DNA of 64,000 nucleotides from Scenedesmus sp. PABB004. Its lineage: Eukaryota. The stretch spans positions 62,001-126,000 of the forward strand of contig JABVCE010000035.1 of NCBI GenBank assembly GCA_014905635.1. Direction: 5' to 3'. Positions 1-13,467 of this stretch are shown one piece after another. Each line of letters begins with the position of its first letter. Positions within the stretch are counted from its first letter, which is position 1. The translations under genes and the position numbers were made by a program. Below the pieces are notes generated by a model. That model made no database searches and was not told the origin of the DNA. It saw only the letters and a program-made list of their open reading frames with translations.

Positions 1-190
1 CCGCCCGGTGACCGCACCGCACCGCCGCGCCGCGCCGCGCCGCGCCGCGCCGCGCCGCGCGCCGCGCCGCGCGCCGCGCCGCGCGCCCGCGCGTGCGCGC
101 GCCCTTCCCTCGGAGCCCAGCGCCGCGCGGCGCCGCGCAGCCCCCGGCGCGTCGCGACGGTCGCCGCGCGCGCGCGCGCGCCGGTCGCAG

Positions 191-1153
<963 letters not shown>

Positions 1154-1592
1154 GCGCCCGCAGCGCCGAGCGCGTGCAGTGCTGCGCGCGGGCGCGCGGC
1201 GCGCGGGGTGGTGCGGCGGTGGTGGGGCGGCGGGAGGGTCGAGCAGGACCGCCAGGCATTCTTTTTTCATCCCTAGCAAAACTGATGGGGCGGCGGGCTG
1301 CGGGTGGCGTCGGCGTCGTGGCGGCGCGAAGTTGGGCGGTCGCGGGAGTTGTGCACCGCCGCCGCCGCCGCCGCCGCGAGAGCGCCAGGCCGCGCCTGGC
1401 GTCGGGCCTGGGTAACTGCGAGCTGCCCACGAGCGCGCTGGGCGCGTGGGGACTCGCTCGCGCGCTGGCGCAGCTCGGGCGGGGCGTCTTGGACCGGCTT
1501 GCGCGCCGGGCGGGCGCGGGCTTCCCACGTGGTCGCCCAGCGGCCGCGAGCGCGCGCCCACGCGCTCGGCACACCACCCCCAGCGCGCTCAA

Positions 1593-2523
1593 ATGCAGGC
1601 GCAGGGCGACGGCGGGCCGCCGGAGCCGGCGCGGGCGCCGCCGCGCGGGCGGTCGGGGCCCAAGCCCAAACTCTCCGGCTTCGTGGGGGTCAGCCAATAC
1701 AAGAGGACGAAGCGCTGGGAGGCGCGTGGCCCGGCGCGGCGCGCGCCCGCAGCCCGGCCGCCCCGGGCCTCTCCTGCAAGCGCGCCACGCCGCGCGCGCG
1801 CCGCGCGCCCGGCAGGCGCACATCTGGAGCTCATCCAGCTCGGGCGGCGCCTCGCGCAAGGGCGGCAAGGGCAAGCAGCTGCACCTCGGCAGCTTTGCAA
1901 GCGCCGAGCAGGCGGCGCGGGTGCGGCGGCGGGCCGCGGCGCGCGGCGCGGCGGCGGCGCGCGCGCGCGCGCGCTGACCGCTCCCCGCCGCCCCGCCGCA
2001 GGCGTACGACCGCGCGGCCATCGTGATGCGCGGCCGCGGCGCGACGCTCAACTTCCCGCTGGCCGACTACGACGCCGACCCGCTCCTGGCGGCGAGCGAG
2101 CGCCGGCGCCGCGCTGCGCGCTGGGCCGCGCCCGCCGGCGCGCGCGCTGGCCAGCGACCGTCACGCCCCCGTCGCCGCCGTCGCGCCTGCCCCGGCCGCA
2201 GGAGCTGCGGCGCATGAGCCACGCCGACATGATCCTGGCGCTGCGCCGCACCTGCGATCGCGAGGTGTGGCGCACACCTCGCGCGCGCGGCCAGCCGCCG
2301 GCGACGCGCAGGCGCGAGCCGGCTCTGAGCTGCAGCTGCCTCCGCGAGCCGGCCCGCCGCAGGCCGAGGAGGCGGCGCTGGAGGAGTATCGCGCCAAGGT
2401 GCCCGCGGCGGCCGCCGCCGTGCTGCGCAGCGGGGCGGGGTGGCCGGCGGGCGCGGCCGCGCCGCGCCTGGCGCCTGCGGCAGCCGCGTCCGCGCAGGGG
2501 CAGCAGCGGCTGCCGCAGCAGGT

Positions 2524-2564
<41 letters not shown>

Positions 2565-3745
2565 GGCTGCCGCAGCAACTGCAGCAGCAGCCGCAGCAGC
2601 AGCCGCAGCAGCAGGTGCAGCAGGCGGCGGCGTGGCAGCAGCAGGCACAGCAGGCGGCGGCGTGGCAGCAGCAGGCGTGGCGGCAGCAGGCGGCGTGGCA
2701 GGGCTGGGAGTGGCAGCGCGGGGCCGGCGAGCAGGCGGCGTGGGAGCAGTGGGGCATGTGGCAGCCAGGGGCGCCCGGCCAGCTGCCGTACGTCCTGGCG
2801 CCGCAGCACGCGCCGCCGCTGCCGGCTGCCCTGCAGTTGGCTGGCTCGGGCGGCAGTGGCAGCAGCACCAGCAGTGGCAGCGACAGCGAGCACGGCCACC
2901 ACATCATGCTGGCGCGGCTGCTGGCGTCACCGGAGCTGGGGCAGCAGGGCGCGGCCGCGGCCGCAGCGGCGGCGGCGGCGGCTGCGGCGGCTGCGGCGGC
3001 TGGCGTGTGCGCGCGCGCCGCCGCGACTGGCGTCGGTGCCATGCCCGGCGTGCTTCCGGGCATGCCCCTGGGCGCGGCGCCGCCCGTGAGCCCGCACACG
3101 CCGGTCGCGGGCCGGCTTTCGAGCCACACCCAGGTGCAGCTGCAGCTCACGCCGTCCAACCCCGGCGGCGACGCCACGACGAGGAGCGGGCGCGCGGGCG
3201 GCCCGGCGCCCGGTGGCGCACAGGGCTTTGAGGGCTTTGGGCCGCGCGCGCCGCCGCCTCTGCGCAGCCCCGACCTGCCCTGGCCGGGCGGCGGCGCGGC
3301 GGCCAGCCCGCCCCGCGCCGGCGCCGGCGCCGGCGCGCTGGCGCGCCTCGTGAGCGGCCTGGGCAGCCTGAGCAGCGCCGTCGCGGCGGAGCTGGCGCGG
3401 CTCGCGAGCGGCTCGGGCAGCGGCGACCTCGGCGACGCCGCGAGCTCCGAGCACGCGGCGCAGCGCCAGCTGCTGTACGCGCAGCTCTCGCTGCCGGGCC
3501 TCGACCAGCTCGACCAGCTCCTGCTGCCCGGCGGCCAGCAGCACGCGCCGGGGCTTGCCGGCGGCAGCGGCGGCGGCGGCGGCGGCGGCGGCGGCAGCGA
3601 CGACGGCGGCGGCGGCAGCACCAAGCGCGGCGGCGCCGCCGAGGGCGCGGCCGGCGCGCCGCCAGCCAAGCGCGCCAGGCCGGGCGGTGGCGAGGTGCCG
3701 CTCTCGCCCGGCGCGGCGGCGTGGCTGGACATGATGCTGAGCTGA
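1593..3745 (+). CDS. AP2/ERF-domain transcription factor with polyQ and low-complexity C-terminus
   Basis: Spliced SGFVGVSQYKRTKRWE|AHIW..GKQLHLGSFASAEQAAR|AYDRAAIVMRGRGATLNFP matches the AP2 domain. The long last exon is ORF 2267-3745, with a CAG run near 2525-2563. Confidence 0.88.
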
Positions 3746-4003
3746 GCTGAGTGCGCTGAGCGGGCCGACCTGGGTGCGGGGCGAGCTCAACCGCGGCGGT
3801 GCGCGCGTCAGTTTTTTTGCCGCCGCGGCCAGCCACCGAGCGCAGCCGTCCCGGCAGCTCGCCGCGCCTCCTATACACTCAGCAACGCTGTTCCGAGCTG
3901 CTCCGAGCTCTGCGGCCCGCGGAGCAGCCCGTGCCCTGCGGCAGCATCGCCAGTCGGCGCGCGAACAGCAAGCTCAGCACTCGCCTGCAGGCTCGGCAGC
4001 GCG

Positions 4004-5756
4004 ATGCTGGCCACCACAACGCTTCCGAGCAGGCGCACGCCGCTGTCCGCGCAGCTGGCGGCCAGCCTCCAGCAGCGCCTGCCGCTCGTGGGGCCGCAGT
4101 ACGGCGCGCCGCCAGCGCGGCGGCCCTGGCCCCTGCTGCGCGGCGCGCTCCTCCTCGCCCTGGCCGCGCTCGCCGGCTTCGCCGCCGGCGTCGCCTCCCG
4201 CGGCGGCGTCGGCGAGGCGCTGGCCGCGGCGGCCGAGCCAGCGCTGCCCGCCAGCGCGGCCAGCGCGGCTGGCTGGTGCACGCGCACGCACGCCGTCACG
4301 ACGTGGAGCGGCGCCGCCGTGCCGGTGTGCAACTGGAGCACGTGCGCCGGGCGCGAGGGCCTGCGCGAGCTGAGCGGCGCGTCTGCGCAGCCGCGCTGGG
4401 CGGCGAACGGCGCGCGTGAGCGCTACATGCAGCTGGCCTTCAACGCAACGGATGCCGACGCGATCGACGGCTGGCTCGACGTGAGCTGCACGCACGGGCG
4501 TGGCGCGCTGGTCTCCCGGGAGGCCCACGCCTCTCGCCGCCGCCGGTCATTACCTCAACTAAGCACGCGCGCGCCGTGCGCGCTTGCAGGAGCCGCACGT
4601 GCGCTACGTCGACGCGTTCACCGAAATGCAGCACGACGCGGGCGTCTTTGGCAGCGTCGTCGAGGTGCGGGGCGGACGGCTGGCCGCCCGGCCGCCGGCG
4701 GAGCCAGCGCCGCGCCGGCGGCCCCGCGCGCGCCCGCCGACGGCGGTCCGCGCCCGCGCCCGCGCGCGCGCCCCGCAGATCGGCGTGCACGCCGGCAAGT
4801 TTTTCATCGCCCTCGCGGGCGCCGCGAGCGAGGACGAGCCGGCGCTGGCGGTTGACCTGTTTGAGTCTCAAAGTGACAACGTCGACGGCTCGGGTGCGGG
4901 TCACGATGCGGCGCAGCGGGGCCGCGGCGCTGCCACGCGCGGCGCGGCGCCGCGCCTGCGCTGCACGGCGGGCGCCGTCGGGGGCGGTGGGCGGCACTGA
5001 CGCCGCCCGCGCGCGCACGCCGTGCGCGCGCCGCGCAGGCCGGGGCAGCCGCGCCGCCGTGCTGCGCAACCTCGACGCGGTCGGCCTGCCGCGCGGCGGG
5101 GTGACGCTGCTCGCGGCCAACTCGCTGAGCCTCACCGCGGCCAACCTCAGCGCCCTTGGCCTGCCGGCGGCGCGGCTTGTGAGCGTCGACGGCGGGCACA
5201 GCCTGGAGAACACGCTGCACGACCTCATGCTCGCGAGCTGCGTTCTGGCCGACGGCGGCATCGCCGTGCTCGATGACTTCACCAACCCGACCTGGACCGG
5301 CGTCGCCGAGGCGGCCGCGCACTTTGCGTCGGCGCAGTCGCGGCTGCGGCTGCTGTTCGTTGCGCACAACAAGGCGTACTTCACGACCGCGAGCCACAAG
5401 GCGCGCTACGTGCGCGCGATGCAGGCGCGGCAGGGCGTGTTTGGCTGCCGCGACCTCCACTCCTCGCGCCGCGCGCTCGGCGGCAGCGAGGCGTGCTACG
5501 GCGGCCCCGCGGGCGAGCCGGGGCAGCTGCAGGCCACGCTGCAGACGGGTGAGCGCGGGGGCTTGGAGGCGGCAGCGCGCCCGCGGCGGCGGCGGCCGCG
5601 GCGCGCCGCCGCCGCCAGCAGGCGCGCGCGCCCTCTCACGCCGCGCGCCCGCCGCCCCGGGCAGCAATGGAGCGCTCCTACCACCACCACACCTCGTCGC
5701 TGGAGGCGCGGCTGTTCGAGGAGCTGGCCGAGCCCGACGACGACGAGGTGTTTTGA
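4004..5756 (+). CDS. Class I SAM-dependent methyltransferase (Methyltransf_24-like) with N-terminal hydrophobic anchor
   Basis: VVE|IGVHAGKFF, AVDLFE, VSVDGGHS and GGIAVLDDF motifs; hydrophobic LLRGALLLALAALAGFAAGV; last exon ends ..DDDEVF TGA at 5754-5756. Confidence 0.8.
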
Positions 5757-6244
5757 GGGCACGGCGGCGCTGCACCCTGGTGACGCGCTGCGGCCCCGGC
5801 GCGCAGGAGCGCGGCTTGGTGCGCGGCAGTCCGCGCGACCGCGTCCCGCGCCCGAGCCTGCAGCAGGTGCGTGGCGAGCGTGCCAAAGCGCGCCCGGCGC
5901 GTGGTGCGGCGCCAGGGAGATCCTGCGCCAGCGCCGCCGCCGACCCGCGTGCCGCACGCGCGCCCGCGCCGCCCTGCCGCGCCAGATCGCTGCTCGCTCG
6001 GTGGCCCACCCGCCGCGCCGCCCCGCGACGCAGGCCCATGCACCTGCGGAGCGGCGCGTGCAGCAGCAGCGCCGCAGCCCGTGCGCCCGGCCGCCGCGCC
6101 GCGCCAGGCGCCGCGCCCCGCCCCGGCGCCGCAGCCGCCCTCCGGCCCGGCGCGCCGCGCCGCGCCCGCGCGCCCTCGCCGCGCCGCGCGGCCGCCCCCG
6201 GTGACGCGCCCGCGCCGCGCGCGGCCCCGGCGTCGTCGGCAGCC

Positions 6245-7757
6245 ATGGCGGCGGCCCCGGCGTCGCCGCCGGTGCAGATCGGGGCGAACAAGATGTTTGG
6301 CGGCGTCAACCGCCGCTACCGCCACGCCTCGGCGGCGCTCGGGTGCGACATGACCTTCACCGTTTTCTTCCCGCCCGGCGCCGACCCCGGCGGCGAGCCC
6401 GGCGCGCCGCCGCCGCCGCCGGCGGGCGCCGGCGCGCCCGTGCCGGTGCTGTACTACCTCTCCGGGCTCACCTGCACCGACGAGAACGTCATCCAGAAGG
6501 CCGGCGCGCAGCGCGGCTGCGCGGCGGCGGGGCTCGCGTTTGTCGCGCCCGACACGAGCCCGCGCGGCCTTGGCGTCGAGGGCGAGGCCGAGGCGTGGGA
6601 CTTTGGCGTCGGCGCCGGCTTTTACGTCAACGCCACCCAGCCCAAGTGGGCCGCCTGGCGCATGTACGACTACGTCACCAAGGCGCGCCGCGCGGGCGAC
6701 GCCCGCGCACCCGACTGCTGCCCGCCCCGCGCACCGCGGCCTGCTGCTGCCCGCGCGCGCGCGCCGCCCCGCGCGAGCGCGCCCGCCACCGCCGCGCGCG
6801 CAGGAGCTGCCGGCGCTGCTGGCGTCGTCGTTCCCGGGGCTCGACACGGCCACGGCGTCGATCATGGGGCATAGCATGGGCGGCCACGGCGCGCTCACGG
6901 TCGCGCTCAAAAACCCTGGTGTCTACCGCAGCGTGAGCGCGTTTGCGCCGATCTGCAACCCCTGCGCCGTGCCGTGGGGGGTCAAGGCCTTCACAGGCTA
7001 CTTCGGTGCGCGCGGCCTGCGGCGCGGCACGGCGCCGCGCGCCGGCGGGGCGCCGGCGTGCCGGCGGGGCGCTACGTGCCGGCAGGGCGCGTGCGGGAGA
7101 CGGGAGGGGGTTGGCGGGGGCCCCGCCGGCGGGGTCTGCGGCCGCCGCGCTCACCGCGCGCCGGCGCGGCGCGGACGCCGCCAGGCGCGGACGCCAAGGA
7201 GCTGTGGGCGGCGCACGACGCGAGCGAGCTGGTGGCGCGCTACGCGGGGCCGGCGCTGCCCTGCCTCATCGACACCGGCACCACTGACTCCTTTCTGGAG
7301 GTAGGGGGTGTTGTTTGGGAGGGGGGGGCTGCTTGGGCGTGGCGCCTGGCAGCGCCCGCGGGCGCCGCCGCGGCTCACACCCGCCTGCGCCGATGCCGGC
7401 GCGGCGCGCGCGCGCAGGTGCAGCTCAAGCCCGAGGTCTTTGAGGCGGCCGCGGCGGCGGCGGGCTTCCCCGTCACGATGCGCATGCAGGCGCGCCGCCG
7501 CGCCGCGCCCGCGCCGCGCCGCGCCTCGCCCGGGGGCAGCCCGCGCGGCCGCGCCGCGCGCGCGCCCAGCCTGCACGACCTGCACCAACGCGACGACCCT
7601 CCCCCGCCCCCTCTGCTGCCGGCACGGCAACGCGACGACCCGCCCCCGGCCCCTGCTGCTGCCGGCACGGCAGGAGGGCTACGACCACAGCTACTTCTTC
7701 ATGGCCACCTTCATGGACGAGCACGTGGCCTTCCACTCCAAGGCGCTCAAGCCCTGA
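6245..7757 (+). CDS. SFGH: S-formylglutathione hydrolase (esterase D)
   Basis: [33 protein letters not shown], nucleophile motif [20 protein letters not shown] and EGYDHSYFF across 5 exons. Confidence 0.97.
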
Positions 7758-8297
7758 TGAGCCCTGATGAGCCCTTGAGCCCTGAGCCCGGAGCCGCCGG
7801 CCGGCGCTCGGCTTTCTTCAGGAGCCTCGCGGCGCGCTGTGGCCGGCTGGCGCCGAGCGGGGGCGGCGGAGGGGGCGCGGGCCGGTCGCAGGCGCGGCGG
7901 CGGCGTTACACGCGCGGGGCCCGCATGCGCGGGCCCCCCTGGCAGCAGCAGGGCTGGCAACGCATTCGCGCGCCGCGCCCGAGATGAGTGCGCGCCGCGG
8001 CCCCAGCGCAGCCGGCCCCCTCAAAATCAAAACCCGCCGCGCGCGGCGGGCCGACGCCGCGCCGCGCGCGCCTGCAGCCCCTCCCTCCTCAGCCCAGCGC
8101 CGCGCCCGCGCGCCGCCAGCAGCGGCGCGTCCGCCCGCGCGTCGCTCTCCCTCCCTCTTGAGCTCAGGCGAGGCCGGCAGCGCCGCGTCCCTCTCCGCGA
8201 GAAGGGCAGGAGCTCGCCCTGAGCTCACATAAGCTCGCCCTGAGCTTACGTGAGCTCCTCCTGGGTGGGCTCATGGGCCTCCTCCTCCTGGGTGGGC

Positions 8298-9703
8298 TCA
8301 GGAGAGCCCGACGATGCGCCCGGTGTCGGGGTCGATGTCAATGTCATAGAAGCACGGCCGCGTGGGCAGACCCGGCTGCGGGTGCGGCGTGCGCGGCCGC
8401 GGGCGCGCGCGCGCGCGGCGGTCGGGGCGCGGCGCGGCGGCGGCGGCGGCGCGGCGGCGCGGGCAGGGCCCCGGCGCGGCGCCGCGCGCCAGGCGGGCGC
8501 CCGCCGGCCCCGGCGCCAGCGCGCTGGCTGTTTTGTTTGTGATGCCGTCCCGCGTCGCAGGACGGCATCGTCTACAAAAAGGCCAGCGCGCTGGCGCCCG
8601 GGGCGGCGGGCGGGCGCGCGGGGGGACAGAACCGAAACAAACACACAAACACACTATGTGACGCCCCCAATACCCTGATCCCTAAACCCCTGGGAACAAC
8701 CCAGAGCCCTAAACCCCAAAGCGGCCGCCGCACCATGGTCATCATGCTGCCCACCAGCGGGAAGAGGAAGCCCGCGCCCACGCTCGCGCGCACGTCACGG
8801 ATGGGCAGCGTGAACCCGCTCGGCGCGCCTGGGCGGCGCGGCGGCGGCGGCGGCGGCGGCGCGGCGGCGGCGGCGGGCGGCGCGGGGTCGGAAGACCACC
8901 AGCGGGCGCGCGTCTGCGGTGCCGCGCCGCGTTGCCCCTGCGCACGGCCGCGCCCCGCGCCGCGCCGCGCGCCGCGCAGCGCGGGGCCGCGTGCTGTGTG
9001 CTGTGCGTGCTGTGTGCTGTGCGCGCACCCTTGAGCGCGGGGTCGTGGCTGAAGCTGTACTGCGTCTTGGCCTGGCCGGGGCGAGGGGGCGGCGGGGCGG
9101 CGGGGCGGGGCGGTTTAGGGGGGCAGGCAGGACGCGCGCGCGGCGGGCGCGCGGTCGGGAGGGAGCCGGGAAGGCTGGCCGGCGCGCGCGGCCCGACCAA
9201 ACAGCCCGCGGCGCTGGGAGCGCGCCGGCGGCGGCGGCGCCCGCACGCGCGCGCACCATGCAGATCGGGAGGCGCCTGAGGCCCATGCCCTCGAAGCGCG
9301 CGATCGCGGCCTCGGCCTCGGCGCTGTAGCTCACGCCCGCCGCGCCGTATGTGCCGACGGCAATCGCCTCGATCTTGGCCTGGTGATGGGGTTTAGGTAG
9401 GTAGGGGTTTTGCGGGGGCGTGAGAGGGCGGCGGGGGCGTGAGAGGGCGGCGGGGGCGCGAGAGGGCGGCGGGGGGGGGGGGGGGCGGGCGAGCCCGCGC
9501 GGCGCGCGGCGGCGAGCCGCCGGCGGCGCGTGCGCCACTGCGGGTGATGGTGGTCGGCCGGCCCTGGCCCTGGCCCTGGCCCTGGCCCTGGCCCTGGCCC
9601 TGGCCCTGGCCCTGGCCCTGGCCCTGGCCCTGGCCCTGGCCCTGGCCCTGGCCCTGGCCCTGGCCCTGGCCCTGGCCCGCGCCCGCGCCCGCGCCCTCGC
9701 CCT

Positions 9704-9758
<55 letters not shown>

Positions 9759-10257
9759 ACCTTGATGGGCAGGTCCAGGTCATAGAGGAACGTAAACCCC
9801 GAGCCGCCGCGGGCGCACGCCGCGACGACCGCCTCGGCGAGCGGCACCGCGCCCGCGCCGCCGAGCGCGTGGTGCGTCGTCACGACCGCGGCCGCCGCGC
9901 CCGCGGCGAGCGCGGCGGAGCGCACCGCCTCGAGCTCCTCTGCGGCCGGGCGCGGACGGCGGCGCGGCGGTCAGGCGCAGCGGGCCGCTGGCGCCACCGA
10001 CCCCTGCGGCTCCCCCTGCACGCCCTGCCTGCGCCTCCGCCCCGCGCCCCCCCTCGGCCCCTCCGCCCCGCGCCCCCTTCCACCGCGGGGCGCGCACCCT
10101 CGCTGTCGGTCGCGAACGCGTTGACCGCGACCACGACCGGCACGCCGTAGCGGGCCGTGTTCTCCACGTGGCGCGCGAGGTTGGCGCAGCCCGCGGACAG
10201 CAGGCCGACGTCGGGCGCCGTGTACGCGTGCGGCAGCGGCGCGCCCGCGACGACGGG

Positions 10258-10290
<33 letters not shown>

Positions 10291-13162
10291 GGTCGCGACA
10301 ATGACCGCGGCGTCGGGCACGAGCCCGCTGGCGCGGCACTTGATGTTCATAAACTTTTCGAGCCCGATGTCGGCGCCAAAGCCCGCCTGCGCGGTTGGGG
10401 TGAGCGAGCGAGTGCGGGTGTGGGCGGAGCGGGTGGGTGGGTGAGCGGGCGTGTGCGTGTGCGAGAGCGCGTGCGTGCGCGTGCGCGTGGGTCGGCGTGC
10501 GTTGTGGTTGGTTTGAAACACAGCCGCCGCTCAAACCGCCGCTCAAACCCACGCACCTCTGTGACGACGTAGCCGTCGGGGCCGACCAGCTTCAGCCCGA
10601 TCTGGTCCGCCACGACGCTGCTGTTGCCGTGCGCGATGTTGGCAAACGGCCCCGCGTGCACCAGCACTGGCGTCGCCTCCAGCGTCTGCGCGGCGGCGCG
10701 GCGGCGCGGCGGCGCGCGGCGGTCGGCGGTCGGCCCCGAGGGGTGCAGGCGTCCCTAAACCGCAGCCAAACCGACCCTAAACCCTAAACATATGCAGACC
10801 GCACCTGCATGATGGTCGGCTCGATCGCGTCCTTCAGCAGCACCGTCAGCGCACCGCCGACGCCGAGGTCGTCCGCCGTCACCGGCCGCCCCGCCCTGCG
10901 ACGTGGTCCGCGCGTGCGTGGTGCGGGGCGCCGTCGGCGCGGCGCGGGCACGGCGCGGCGCAGCGGGCGCCGCGGCGGGGCGGGGTCGCAGCACGTGCGG
11001 CGCGGCGCGGCGCGTGCCTGTCTGCGGCGACGACCATGCGCCCGAGGCGCGCGCGCATGTCGGCGAGGTCGGTCGCGAGCGCCAGCACCGCCATGATCTC
11101 TGCCAGGCGGCGAGGCGGCGGCGGCGGCGGGCGGCGGGCAGTGCCGGCGCGTGAGCGTGGGCGGCCCGGCGCCCCGCCGGGGCTCGCCGCGCCCAGAGAG
11201 CCCCGCGGCGCGCCGCGGCGCCGCGGCGCGTCACCCGAGGCGACGCTGATGTCGTAGCCGGTCCGCCGCTCCTGGCCGCGCTCCTCAGGGCCCTGCCCCA
11301 CCGTGATGCCGCGGAGGAACCTGCGGGCGGCGCGGCGCGGCGCGGCGGAGGTGCGGCGCGGCGTGGTGTGCGGCCGCCGGTCGCCGGCGCACGCCGCAGC
11401 ACGGGCCGCGGCGTACAGGCAGGCGGGGTGCGGCGCGCTGCGAGCCCCGCGACGGCCCCGCCCGCCCGCCCGCCCTCTGGCCAGCCCTCACCGGTCGTTG
11501 ATGTCCACCACGCGCCGCCAGCTCACCGCCGCGGGATCGATGTCCAGCCGCACGAAGCGCGAGACCTGCGCGCCACGCGGCAGGCCCAGCGCGCGCTCTT
11601 GCGTCTGGCGGGGCCGCGCCCCCCGCAACCCGGCAGAGCCCCGAGCTGCCGAGCCGCCCGCAGCCGCTGCCGCCAGCGCCCCCCTCACCTCCTCGGGCGT
11701 GAGCTCGTCCGGGTCCGTCTTGGCGATGCCCAGCCGCGCGAGCCGGCCGAGCATCACGGGCGCAAAGCGCCGCCGGCCCGCCTTGTCGGCGGGGCACAGC
11801 CGCCTGCGCGGGCGCGGCGCGCGTGAGACACGCCCCACATGCCCCCACACGCCCCACGCCCAACGCTCCACGCCCCACACGCCCCACACCCAACGCCCAC
11901 ACGCACACAGACACACACACAGACACACCTGAACAGCGCGTCGTCCTTCTGCGCGGCCTCGTGGAACATGCGCGCGTCAATCGCGGCGGCGAGCAGGTTG
12001 TTGGCCGCGGTGATGGCGTGAATGTCGCCGGTGAGGTGGAGGTTGAGCTCCTCCATGGGGATGACCTGCGGGCCAGCGCCCGCGCGGCGCGCGGCGCGCG
12101 GCACGTGGGCGGCGCGTGGGCGGCGCGTGCGGCGCGTGTCCGTGATCGCAGACGGCCGGCCGTGCGGCGGTGGCGCCGCGAGGTTGGACGGGGGCAGAGC
12201 GCCGGGGCCCTTGCAGCGCAAGCGCACCTGGCTGTAGCCGCCGCCCGCGGCGCCGCCCTTGATGCCAAAGGTGGGCCCCTGGCTCGGCTGGCGGATGCAG
12301 GTCAGCACCTGCGGCGCGGCGCGCCGGTGGGCGGCGCGGCGCGGGGCGCGTCGTCGGTGCCGCGCGAACGCGCGGCGCCGGTGGGCGCGCCGCGCCCGGC
12401 GCTGGCGTGTCGCGCCGTCGCTGCACTGCGTGCGGCTTCCCCCGTGCGCGGCCGCGCCGTCGCGCTGCACTCTGCACTGTGTGCTTGGCCCCGCGCGCGC
12501 GGCCGCGCGCGCCTTTTTGTTGAGGTACGCGCCCAGCGCCTGGCAGAGCCCGACCGTCGTCGTGCTCTTGCCCTCGCCCAGCGGCGTGGGCGAGATGCCG
12601 CCGACCACGACTGCGCGCGCGCAGCGGCGGCGGCGGGCGCGGCGGGCGCGTCGCGCCCGTGGGCGGCGGCAGCCGTGGGCGGCCGCACCCGCCGCCACGT
12701 GCCACCGCACACGCAGCGCACCGTATTTGCCGCTTGGCGCTGCCTTGAGACGGTCGCGCACGCTGAGCTTGACCTGCCGCGGCGCACGCGCGCGCTCAAT
12801 TGCCCAGCCCCGCCGGCGCCCACGCAGGGGCGGGCCCGCCGCGCCGCGCGGCGCCGCGCCGGCGCAGCGCGGGCGCGCCGCGCTGCTGCCCGCTGCTGCC
12901 GCCGCCGCGCCGCCCGCGCCGCGCCGCCGGCGCCGGCGCGCCGGCGCGCCGGCCGGGCGCCTGCCTCATGCGTGGGGCCCCGCACCTTGGCCTTGCTGGG
13001 CCCGTAGAGCTCATACTCCTCCGGCAGCAGCCCCAGCCCCGCCTCCGCGATGAGTGAGATGTGCTTGGGCTGCACGCTCTGCGCGATCTCTATGTCGGAG
13101 GGCACCGGCTGCTTGACGTCCAGCAGCGGCCGCACGGCCGTGGACGCTGCCGCCGCCGCCAT
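8298..13162 (-). CDS. FTHFS: Formate--tetrahydrofolate ligase (10-formyl-THF synthetase)
   Basis: Many exons: [110 protein letters not shown]. Confidence 0.98.
9560..9757. repeat. Hexamer tandem array (GCCCTG)n grading into (GCGCCC)n, in an FTHFS intron
   Basis: Directly visible; lies immediately inside the donor end of the intron after ..DLDLPIK. Confidence 0.95.
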
Positions 13163-13467
13163 CGCGCGCCGTGCCGCCACGCGGACGAGCAGCGCCGTTG
13201 TGCCGTGCGTTTTCCCGCGCCAACTGGCCGGGCGCGACTGGGCGGTGGGCGCGGCGGCGGCGGCGGCAGCAGCGCGCGCGGCGGCGAGTGCGGCACCGGC
13301 GCGAGGGGCGCTAGACCCCGCGCGCCGCTCGGTCGCTGCGCTGAGCGCCGGGCGTGTCCTCCAGTGCCCCGGCGTGTCCACCGGCCCCACCAGCTGAGGC
13401 GTGAGCGAGCGGGCGCGCGGAGCAGCAGGCGGCCGCACCGCGCGCAGTCAACAGCAGGTGCGCGCGA

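Noticed and set aside
1722..1819. AGGCGC repeated at both intron junctions as an introner target-site duplication
   Set aside because: This is expected from the AG|GC donor consensus and GC bias; I saw no family of near-identical introns or terminal inverted repeats.
9420..9785. Poly-(AL), (WP), (GP) or (RA) ORFs
   Set aside because: They are translations of an intronic hexamer microsatellite.
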